Shown piece by piece: positions 8,386-15,871 of a stretch of DNA of 64,000 nt. The stretch is from the IMG/VR virus record IMGVR_UViG_3300027969_003844, positions 1 to 64,000 of that record. The stretch is one strand, 5' to 3'. A model generated the notes under the pieces. It was given only the letters and a program-made list of their open reading frames with translations, was not told the origin of the DNA and did no database searches. The stretch's first letter is position 1. Every line of letters starts with the position of its first letter. A program made the position numbers and the translations under genes. Origin of the DNA: a virus.

Positions 8386-8733
8386 TTATTCGCCTGATAA
8401 ATCGGCATTTTCTTTATATATGCGATACTTTTGTAGTCTATCAAACTGACTTCGAGTAATACTTCTGCCATGATTAACTTGACGTAAAATCATTTGAACA
8501 TCAGCTGGCATATCTTTAAAAATTGGGTTTGGCACTGTTTTGGCACCTGGCTTGTCAACTTTAGAAAAATAGTCTCGCATGTCGGCAGTTGTGGTATCTG
8601 CTTTGGGCTTTTTGCCCCCAGTCACTGACTTGTAATACTCACCATTAAACCATGCTCGCATATCAGCCAGACTGGCTTCGTCGATCATTACATCGTCATT
8701 CATTATAGGCTGTTTTAAGTCTGATATCTTCAT
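8386..8733 (-). CDS. hypothetical late protein (MKISDL N-terminus)
   Basis: TAAATA 5 nt upstream of the ATG. Confidence 0.7.
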   Translation of the reverse strand: MKISDLKQPIMNDDVMIDEASLADMRAWFNGEYYKSVTGGKKPKADTTTADMRDYFSKVDKPGAKTVPNPIFKDMPADVQMILRQVNHGRSITRSQFDRLQKYRIYKENADLSGE

Positions 8734-8765
8734 AAATATATTTAGCCATTGAAAGGCATTAAGTA

Positions 8766-9524
8766 ATGAAAAAAATTTTGATTTTATGCATGACTAGAAC
8801 TGGTTCAAACTACATTTACGCAACAATAGCCAGGCATTTGAAGCATGACTATACCCCTTTTAAAGACAATTTAGATAAATTTCATTTGTTGTATAACAAT
8901 CTTGCACCGGAGCAGGTACAATTAACAATTGATCAATTCCTGGATCAATTTGTAACCAGCAAATTGGCCATAGCCAAACTTCATGTTAGTGGGTTGTTTA
9001 CGTTGAGTGATTATAATTTACTTGATAAATTTAAATCTGCTGATTTTTATACAATCGTTACACTCAGACGTGATTTAGTACAGGCAGCAATTAGCCACGC
9101 TCGCACACATGTTACTAAAGAATGGGTTAAGTATAAAACTACACATGCTCCAATGGCCCTGACTCAGGAACAGTTGCTGGTTGGCCTTAATTCTACAACA
9201 TATCAGATATCCGAAATTTTAAATAACAAATTTAAATTAAACTATAATGAAATTGTATATTATGAAGATATAACAGGGGTTCCAGAACAAGACATTAAAA
9301 AGTTAAAAATCTATACACCAGACTTATTTGGTCCAGAGAAACCAGCCCCTATGTACCCAGAACGTAGCCCAGACAAAGAAACAACAATTTTAAATTATCA
9401 AGAACTGGTAGAGAGTAGCTTAGAATTTTTTGATAATTGGATAAGAGATGATACCCAAATTGCTGAACGAATAACCATCAATGATGGAAAAATAATGTCT
9501 ATCAATGTAGGTGGATTACAATGA
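8766..9524 (+). CDS. sulfotransferase-like (Stf0/P-loop-type) protein, paralog 1
   Basis: N-terminal RTGSNY, LRRD..Q.IS, YEDI. Confidence 0.65.
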   Translation: MKKILILCMTRTGSNYIYATIARHLKHDYTPFKDNLDKFHLLYNNLAPEQVQLTIDQFLDQFVTSKLAIAKLHVSGLFTLSDYNLLDKFKSADFYTIVTLRRDLVQAAISHARTHVTKEWVKYKTTHAPMALTQEQLLVGLNSTTYQISEILNNKFKLNYNEIVYYEDITGVPEQDIKKLKIYTPDLFGPEKPAPMYPERSPDKETTILNYQELVESSLEFFDNWIRDDTQIAERITINDGKIMSINVGGLQ

Positions 9525-9837
9525 AAAAAATTCTTGTATTTGGACCAACTAGAACAGGATCAAATTATATCTACGCCGCTGTGGCCAAACATTTAATACC
9601 ATATTATGAGTTACTGAGTGACCGTTTTAGTAGAAGCCATAAAATGTATGTAAATACAACGCCAGATCAAAAATTATTATTAATTTCCAATGCAGTAGAT
9701 TATATTGTACAAAAAGAATTGGCTATTACCAAATGTCATCCAAATCATTTGTTTTATTTAGAAGAGCATAATTTACTTGATAAATTTAAATCTGCTGATT
9801 TTTATACAATCGTTACACTCAGACGTGATTTAGTACA
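9013..9837 (+). repeat. direct repeat: 70-nt identical blocks at 9013-9082 and 9768-9837, with further near-identical blocks downstream
   Basis: direct comparison. Confidence 0.85.
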
Positions 9838-10261
9838 AGCATCAATCAGCCATGCTCGTGGTGTAATAACTAAAGAATGGTTTGAATATGACACCACATT
9901 CACTCCAATAGCCCTGACTCAGGAACAGTTGCTGGTTGGCCTTAATTCTACAATATACAGTCTGTTTGAAATCTTAGATAATCGCTGTAAAATAAGATAC
10001 GACGAAGTTGTATATTATGAAGATATAACAGGGGTTCCTGGACAAGACATTAAAAAGTTAAAAATTTATACACCAGACTTATTTGGTCCAGAAAAACCAG
10101 CCCCTGTGTATCCAGAACGTAGTCCAAACAAAGAAGAAACTTTATTGAACTATAACGAACTGGTAGAGAGTAGCTTAGAATTTTTTGACAGTTGGAACGG
10201 TAAAGACGACAGGTTTACCATTGTCAATGGTAATTTAAAAATAAACCTAAAAGGTTTTTAA
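9521..10261 (+). CDS. sulfotransferase-like protein, paralog 2
   Basis: same motifs; DNA blocks identical to paralog 1. Confidence 0.65.
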   Translation: MKKILVFGPTRTGSNYIYAAVAKHLIPYYELLSDRFSRSHKMYVNTTPDQKLLLISNAVDYIVQKELAITKCHPNHLFYLEEHNLLDKFKSADFYTIVTLRRDLVQASISHARGVITKEWFEYDTTFTPIALTQEQLLVGLNSTIYSLFEILDNRCKIRYDEVVYYEDITGVPGQDIKKLKIYTPDLFGPEKPAPVYPERSPNKEETLLNYNELVESSLEFFDSWNGKDDRFTIVNGNLKINLKGF

Positions 10262-10280
10262 GCCTCTTAGGTGTATTATT

Positions 10281-10379
10281 TTAACGTCCAACGGTGGGAT
10301 GTTTGGCTAATTCTCTTTCTTGAAATTGTTTAAATTCATAGAAAGACATGACCAATTGTTGTAAAAAATCAAAGAACAT
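10281..10379 (-). CDS. small protein (32 aa, not in ORF track)
   Basis: MFFDFLQQLVMSFYEFKQ..., overlaps upstream stop. Confidence 0.4.
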   Translation of the reverse strand: MFFDFLQQLVMSFYEFKQFQERELAKHPTVGR

Positions 10380-10524
10380 AATTTGATCTCCTGTCATAAA
10401 TTCGCATCCAATGATCTACTTCAGCGGCCGATTGTGGATTCTTGCTAGCAATATATTGCTCTAATTGTGTTTGTTGATTTGGTGTTGCAAACCAACTGAT
10501 AATACTGTTTAAAAGTTTTGTCAT
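10369..10524 (-). CDS. small protein, DUF3563-like
   Basis: LEQYIASKNPQSAAEVDHW.R.YD; AAGGAG RBS before MTKLL. Confidence 0.55.
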   Translation of the reverse strand: MTKLLNSIISWFATPNQQTQLEQYIASKNPQSAAEVDHWMRIYDRRSNYVL

Positions 10525-10587
10525 TGTGTGACTCCTTGTAAAACAGTGCTGGCTTGTGGCCAACACTGTTGATTTGTCAAAGTATAA

Positions 10588-10818
10588 TTACTCTGCTGAT
10601 TTCTTGCTGGTCTTGGTTGCAGTATCAAAACCTGGAAACTTAAAAGTATCAAAACCTTTAAAAGCTTCTGTGGCCTGTGCTTTGAAAGTTTCAGCCAACT
10701 GTGTGTTAACGTCTACGATTGTTTTTGCAAATGCAGTTGATGCACCTGTCAATTGAGCAGCCAATTCTTTGGCCAATTTTTGGTTTGATTCAAAAGTTTT
10801 TGTGATTTCTGTGAACAT
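10588..10818 (-). CDS. phasin-like (PHA granule-associated) protein
   Basis: short amphipathic Ala/Lys/Thr/Phe-rich helix; PhaR-like palindrome upstream. Confidence 0.55.
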   Translation of the reverse strand: MFTEITKTFESNQKLAKELAAQLTGASTAFAKTIVDVNTQLAETFKAQATEAFKGFDTFKFPGFDTATKTSKKSAE

Positions 10819-10908
10819 GCTTATTTCTCCTTTAATGTTAAGCGAGTTGTTTGGTAGCCTCTAATGAGCACTACCACTAGTAGAAACACTATCAGTGTTT
10901 TCACTAGT
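10819..10908 (-). promoter_or_regulatory. structured 5' leader with ROSE-like anti-SD hairpin
   Basis: CUCGCUU opposite AAGGAG; two upstream hairpins. Confidence 0.6.
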
Positions 10909-10920
10909 ATAACACTATAT

Positions 10921-10937
10921 ATGTTGCGGTGCAACAT
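10921..10937. promoter_or_regulatory. PhaR-like operator palindrome ATGTTGC-GGT-GCAACAT
   Basis: perfect 7-3-7 inverted repeat with TGC-N3-GCA core. Confidence 0.6.
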
Positions 10938-10971
10938 CAATCTAACCCGTTTTAACGATTCTTAAAGGAGT

Positions 10972-11985
10972 TTAGTGACCATTCACTAATTTTGCAAATT
11001 CACCACTGGCAAGATTCTTGCCCTTACTTTCACATTGAATATCAAACTGCTCACTGAAACTGGCCGCCCATTCATTAACAGCCGAATTCCAGTAAAAGTC
11101 ACTGTGTGCTCGAAGCTTTTGCTTTTTATAGCCTAGTGCCAGGAGATTGGCCATGGATGGGAGCTCATCCCGGGGATAATCGATGAGTATATCTTCGCGA
11201 GATACACTGTAGTGGCAAGCAGGCCTAGCACCGCGCCAACTGTCAATGACCATTGAAACACGTGGGTCATTAGGTTGAATATATTCGCCCGAGTTAATCC
11301 AGTGATGGTGTATGTCAAGTACAATCGGCAGGAGATCAGCCAGTTGCAGGCATGTGTCAAGATTGTGTGAGTTTTCTTCATTTTCAATAGTTATGCAGTT
11401 ACGAGCCTCTGGTGACAACCGATTGTATGCTCGTCGAATACCGTCGGGTCCTTGTTGTCCTGAAATGTGTACGTTGATCTTAAAGTCCTGGAACGTCTTA
11501 CCATAGCCCATCCAACGTGCCAGATCAGCATGATATTCAAATTCTAGTATACTGCGCTCAACAATGCCTTCATTGGCGCTTGCAAGTACACAAAACTGCC
11601 CAGGGTGGAAGCTAAGGCGTACACCTAGCCTACGTGCGGCTTCACCTACCGGAGCAAAGATTCGTTCACAATGCGCTTGTACATCTGCTTGTTTCCAAAA
11701 AGGAATCCACTCTTCATGTGTGTAGCCCTGTAACATTTCTGAACCCAGGCGCACCATACGACGATGTTCGGGCAAGGTAGCAACACGTTCAACTAACAGT
11801 AGAGCCGCACGAGCATTATGATTCATAATGTCCCACTGACGCTGTTCAGCTTCGCTCTTATGTTCACGTAGCCAACGCATGGTAGTCGATCGACCGTTTA
11901 GATCACGGTCCACTGCTGAGGGCTTTAGTCCAGCCACTTCGCTAGGATCATTGATCCATTTGCAACAAAAACCTACTCGGCCCAT
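10972..11985 (-). CDS. uvsE: UV damage endonuclease (UvsE/UVDE)
   Basis: GFCC, RLGS, SFHPGQF, NVH, IENEE, LDIHHH, H.S, AHSD, E.K.K. Confidence 0.9.
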   Translation of the reverse strand: MGRVGFCCKWINDPSEVAGLKPSAVDRDLNGRSTTMRWLREHKSEAEQRQWDIMNHNARAALLLVERVATLPEHRRMVRLGSEMLQGYTHEEWIPFWKQADVQAHCERIFAPVGEAARRLGVRLSFHPGQFCVLASANEGIVERSILEFEYHADLARWMGYGKTFQDFKINVHISGQQGPDGIRRAYNRLSPEARNCITIENEENSHNLDTCLQLADLLPIVLDIHHHWINSGEYIQPNDPRVSMVIDSWRGARPACHYSVSREDILIDYPRDELPSMANLLALGYKKQKLRAHSDFYWNSAVNEWAASFSEQFDIQCESKGKNLASGEFAKLVNGH

Positions 11986-11993
11986 ACTAGTCC

Positions 11994-12185
11994 TTACCAA
12001 TGATGTATTACGTTAGCACAAATAAAGAAACATGTGATTACATGTATTATAACCCAAAATGTCTTTAAAGTCAAGGCAATTCTGGCTTCACATAAAGAAA
12101 GAATAGGCACGTCGGGCCTATCATTATCGGTATGGCCCATTAAATGACCAGTTGCGCGAGCCCAAACTTTTTCTAAACTATTCAT
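11994..12185 (-). CDS. small membrane protein
   Basis: ORF track; hydrophobic C-terminus. Confidence 0.7.
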   Translation of the reverse strand: MNSLEKVWARATGHLMGHTDNDRPDVPILSLCEARIALTLKTFWVIIHVITCFFICANVIHHW

Positions 12186-12199
12186 GTAGACTCATTATA

Positions 12200-12420
12200 A
12201 AAGCCACGAAGCAGGGACGAAATGAAAATAGTCAAACAGCAAATATCAAATATCTAACATCAAATATGGGCCTTTTGCTTGGGTATCACATCAAACATCA
12301 ATTTATTTTTTGATACCCAAGCAAGACAATTTTGGAGTTAGTTTTTCAGACTAAGCCAGTAGTTTTCATCGAAGTTCGATGATGTATTTCCATTCCCTAC
12401 CCTGGACCAAGTGTGGCAGC
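12200..12420 (-). ncRNA. candidate ~215-nt structured ncRNA with 7-nt repeat array
   Basis: long-range closing stems with G-U pairs on the minus strand, perfect 14-bp hairpin, 5 tandem heptamers. Confidence 0.8.
12233..12267 (-). repeat. 5 x 7-nt tandem repeat (plus strand CAAATAT consensus; RNA AUAUUUG)
   Basis: caaacag caaatat caaatat ctaacat caaatat. Confidence 0.9.
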
Positions 12421-12999
12421 TTAGTCTAGCCCGAGCTCAGTTAGCACAAGTGCTACCTGTTCAGGTACTTCAAACTCTGTACGGACATTGATGGTGACCA
12501 TCTCGTCCTTGATCTTGCGTCGACGACGACGAATTGTTTCCAGCTCAGTCTTGGCTTCTGTTACAGATTCAGCTGGCACAACGTTAACGTCAACGCTGTA
12601 ATCACGACCGTAAATGCTCATGCGTTCGTTGTTGCTGTTGGCCTTGCGGCTTTCAATTTCAGCAACCAGGGCATCCAAATTAGGACGAACTTGAGATTCG
12701 CTGTAGGCTTTCAACCGAGTCTCTGCACTAGCCAACATGGCTTCTTCTGCCAGGTAGTCGGCAATGCCAACTTCGGCATTTTTCTTTGCAACCACTGCAC
12801 GAAGAAACTTATTTGCATTCAGTAAACGACCAACATGTGCATGATTCTCACGAACCTTGACCAATTGCTCATCAAGGCGAGCCTGGATATCAGCTTCAAA
12901 CAAGCTGACTTTGAGAGTGGTATCTGCTGTGCCAAGACGCTTGATTTCGTCTGTGATTGTTTGTTGGATTACACTGGCCTTGCGTAAATTGATTTTCAT
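12421..12999 (-). CDS. DIP1984/DUF6847-like helical-hairpin protein
   Basis: L.KA..IQ start, ...KKNAEVGIADYLA, C-terminal KIKDEMVTINVRTEFEV resembling the family's N-xx-T-E ending. Confidence 0.6.
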   Translation of the reverse strand: MKINLRKASVIQQTITDEIKRLGTADTTLKVSLFEADIQARLDEQLVKVRENHAHVGRLLNANKFLRAVVAKKNAEVGIADYLAEEAMLASAETRLKAYSESQVRPNLDALVAEIESRKANSNNERMSIYGRDYSVDVNVVPAESVTEAKTELETIRRRRRKIKDEMVTINVRTEFEVPEQVALVLTELGLD

Positions 13000-13032
13000 A
13001 TTAGTCCTTAGAAGTTTAAATGTCTAAGTGCT

Positions 13033-13061
13033 AGTATAACAGTACTATTCGCCGTCGTCAA
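13033..13061 (-). promoter_or_regulatory. sigma70 promoter TTGACG-N17-TATACT for the DIP1984-like gene and RNA
   Basis: direct reading. Confidence 0.75.
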
Positions 13062-13503
13062 GTACTTTTGGCAATTTTGGTAAAATATATTGTCCAGAAA
13101 CAGTTAATATTTTTATACCCATTGGGTCGTTGGCACTGACTCGAACCTCTACATCATAGACTTCGTCATTGGGCCTTATTAAGGTTACAGTGGCAAATAT
13201 CCATCGAGGAATACGAGCAGTGGATTTAAACTGTGCATCTATGCTTACAGCAAATGGGTAGCGGCCCACTAGATTGAATATGGTTTCTGCAATCGAATGG
13301 TCTGCAAATGATAATATTGCACCATTATGTATATCACCAACTCGATTCTGATGGAATTTATTAGAAAGCCAGGCAAACTGACCAGTTAGTTGGTCATCAC
13401 TGAACTTATACCAGTATGGTAAAACATTGCCAGGAAAATCACGTTGGTCAGTATCTTTAAATTTGTAACCTAGCATTAACAATGCTTGAGTCGAGTATTT
13501 CAT
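13045..13503 (-). CDS. PaaI/hotdog-fold thioesterase-like protein
   Basis: HQNRVGDIHNGAILSFAD. Confidence 0.7.
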   Translation of the reverse strand: MKYSTQALLMLGYKFKDTDQRDFPGNVLPYWYKFSDDQLTGQFAWLSNKFHQNRVGDIHNGAILSFADHSIAETIFNLVGRYPFAVSIDAQFKSTARIPRWIFATVTLIRPNDEVYDVEVRVSANDPMGIKILTVSGQYILPKLPKVLDDGE

Positions 13504-13514
13504 TTACTATTAAA

Positions 13515-15476
13515 TTACCAACTGGTAGCACCAACAAATTTAGTCCAAATATTTGATTCGCCGTCAAAGTTTTTATTACAAACATAAAGAGTATCGTCTG
13601 AAATAGCGTAATACCCTTTTTTGTCCCCAATAGAACCAACTGAACTAGTTGGTACATTGACTAACCGTGATGATGAAGTGATAATACCGGTTTCATTATT
13701 ATACTCAACACCTTCACCTGCGCTCAATGACTGTCGTACGCGAGCCTCTGTAAAATAAAGGTTGTCACCTTCTCGCAGTGCCGAAGTAGTAGAATTGGTT
13801 AATAATGTTTCAAACGTTAGAACAGCACGAGCATCTGTGAAATATCTATGTGTGCCGCTTTCAGGAATGTCAGCTGAAGTAGGTAAGTTTGATAGGTCTC
13901 TAAAATCACCACTTCGTGCAACAGGCGCAAATTCTAAATTTGGCTTATTGGTTAAATCATTATAGCTACCTGTAAACAGTGATGGCTTATCAGTCAAGTC
14001 GTTATAGCTGCCACTGATTGCAACTGGCGCAAATCCAATATCACCGGTCTCAACGCCATTTACTACTTCACCAGCAAATATAATTTCACCACCATCTGTA
14101 TCAGCAGTGATAATACCAGTTGAACTGTTGTAGCTAAGGCCAGCACCTGTACTTATTGCGGCTCTTGCACGAGCATTTGTAAAGTATAGATTAATTTCGC
14201 CTTCTGACAAATCATCTGTGCTTGTAAGATTACTGTTATTTGTAGTGCCGTTATTGATATTTGCTACCAAGCTATCAAGATAAGCGGCAGCCCAGTTACG
14301 ATTTATGTATTCGTGTACTGATAGGTAGTTTAATACCAAATCATCCGAGTAGTACTTGTTGGTATTGCCTTGGGCTATATTATCAGTTGTTAATGTAGGT
14401 AGTAGAGTTGTTAGTGCGCTAGAAACTCTGGCATCAGTGAAATATAAGTGATTGGTTCCTTCAACTAAAGAATCGGTTGTTCTTGTAGCAAAGAATGATA
14501 CTACACGTTGGTCAACTCTACTATCTGTATAGTATTTGCGGTTGCCTTCGGGAATATCTGATGTACTTGGTTTGTTGACCAAGTCCGTCCAGCTACCAGA
14601 TGTTGCCAAAGTAGCAAATACAGGACGATCGATGATATCAACCCAATTACCACTAAACGCATTTGGTTTATCTAGTAAATCACTATAGCGACCAGTGTAT
14701 GCAACATTGGCCAGGGTATCTAGTGAATATTGTTGATTAATAAAAGATGAGCCAGTAAATACAATTTCGCCACCGTCTATGTTAAGAAGATCTGATGAAA
14801 CTACGTCATTAATTTGACTGTCAACGTAATTTTTTGTAGCTGCCTGCGCTGGATCAACAATTGCTCCAGTTAAAGTTATTGAAGTAAATGTAGGAGTATC
14901 ACTAATGCTCAACTGTCCAGTTGTGGTGCTGTAATCTAAATTGCCGTCATTTGGTACAATTGCGGCCCTTGCACGAGCATTTGTAAAATATAGGTTTGAC
15001 GAGCCTTCACTGATAGCATCAGTGTTTCCACTAAAAGAAATTACTCCAGTTGTACTATTGTAGCTAATACTACCACTTGCACTAATTGCGCCGCGAGCAC
15101 GAGCAGTAGTAAAGAATAAATGAGTATTACCTTCAATAACATTATCACTATTTTTTGTTCCTAGCCATGTGTTTGCAGTTGATGTAAAATCTGTTGTATT
15201 TAATTTGCCAGTGATAATACTGTAAATATTTGGATTGTTATTAATTGCGGCAGCAAGCTCTTTTAGAGTGTTCAATGCCGCAGGTGCGTTGTCAATTAAG
15301 TTAGCAATTGCAGTGTTGACATACGTTACTGTTGCCAATCCCTTATTACTAACCACAGTGTCAAATATGTTACCAGCGGTAGTTTTTTCTGTTTGCCCTC
15401 CGTGAACTAGGACAAAATTATCTTCGATGGAAATTGATGGTGCTAACCCCAGTTGTGTAATTTTTACATTTGACAT
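13515..15476 (-). CDS. tail fibre-like protein
   Basis: APAALNTLKELA motif, repeated TDxxxEGxxNLYFTxARA and SGSYNDLTDKP units. Confidence 0.8.
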   Translation of the reverse strand: MSNVKITQLGLAPSISIEDNFVLVHGGQTEKTTAGNIFDTVVSNKGLATVTYVNTAIANLIDNAPAALNTLKELAAAINNNPNIYSIITGKLNTTDFTSTANTWLGTKNSDNVIEGNTHLFFTTARARGAISASGSISYNSTTGVISFSGNTDAISEGSSNLYFTNARARAAIVPNDGNLDYSTTTGQLSISDTPTFTSITLTGAIVDPAQAATKNYVDSQINDVVSSDLLNIDGGEIVFTGSSFINQQYSLDTLANVAYTGRYSDLLDKPNAFSGNWVDIIDRPVFATLATSGSWTDLVNKPSTSDIPEGNRKYYTDSRVDQRVVSFFATRTTDSLVEGTNHLYFTDARVSSALTTLLPTLTTDNIAQGNTNKYYSDDLVLNYLSVHEYINRNWAAAYLDSLVANINNGTTNNSNLTSTDDLSEGEINLYFTNARARAAISTGAGLSYNSSTGIITADTDGGEIIFAGEVVNGVETGDIGFAPVAISGSYNDLTDKPSLFTGSYNDLTNKPNLEFAPVARSGDFRDLSNLPTSADIPESGTHRYFTDARAVLTFETLLTNSTTSALREGDNLYFTEARVRQSLSAGEGVEYNNETGIITSSSRLVNVPTSSVGSIGDKKGYYAISDDTLYVCNKNFDGESNIWTKFVGATSW

Positions 15477-15871
15477 TATGTTATGATCCTTACCATGGTT
15501 ACATATATTGTATATTCAGTTGGCGTACCTGTATCAACGCATTCGACACTTAATGTTGTGCCATTTGATGTTAAATTAACATCAGCAGAGAAATCTTCCT
15601 GGAAGACATCTTCAATTCTTGTAACTGTAGTATTATTTATTGTGCCACGTAATTGTTTTGCAACAATCTCACCAGCAGAGTTTTTAGCAACTACCTTGAT
15701 GTCATAAAACTCGACACCTGCTACTGCGATTTCAAATCCTGCTTTGTCAAGGGCCGTTGCATTTGCACCATTGCAAACTGCAAAGATAACATGATGACTT
15801 GCTGTGGCACTACCTACACCAATTGAGAATTCACTTGAGGTAGTACCGGCTATGTTATTAAATGTTTTCAT
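15476..15871 (-). CDS. putative virion structural protein
   Basis: coupled within the structural operon; beta-rich. Confidence 0.65.
   Translation of the reverse strand: MKTFNNIAGTTSSEFSIGVGSATASHHVIFAVCNGANATALDKAGFEIAVAGVEFYDIKVVAKNSAGEIVAKQLRGTINNTTVTRIEDVFQEDFSADVNLTSNGTTLSVECVDTGTPTEYTIYVTMVRIIT

Noticed and set aside
9013-10190. Diversity-generating retroelement TR/VR pair
   Set aside because: Differences between copies are not adenine-restricted, both copies are full ORFs, and no reverse transcriptase is visible.
12233-12324. CRISPR array or mini-array
   Set aside because: Units are 7 nt and tandem with no unique spacers; no cas genes in the window.
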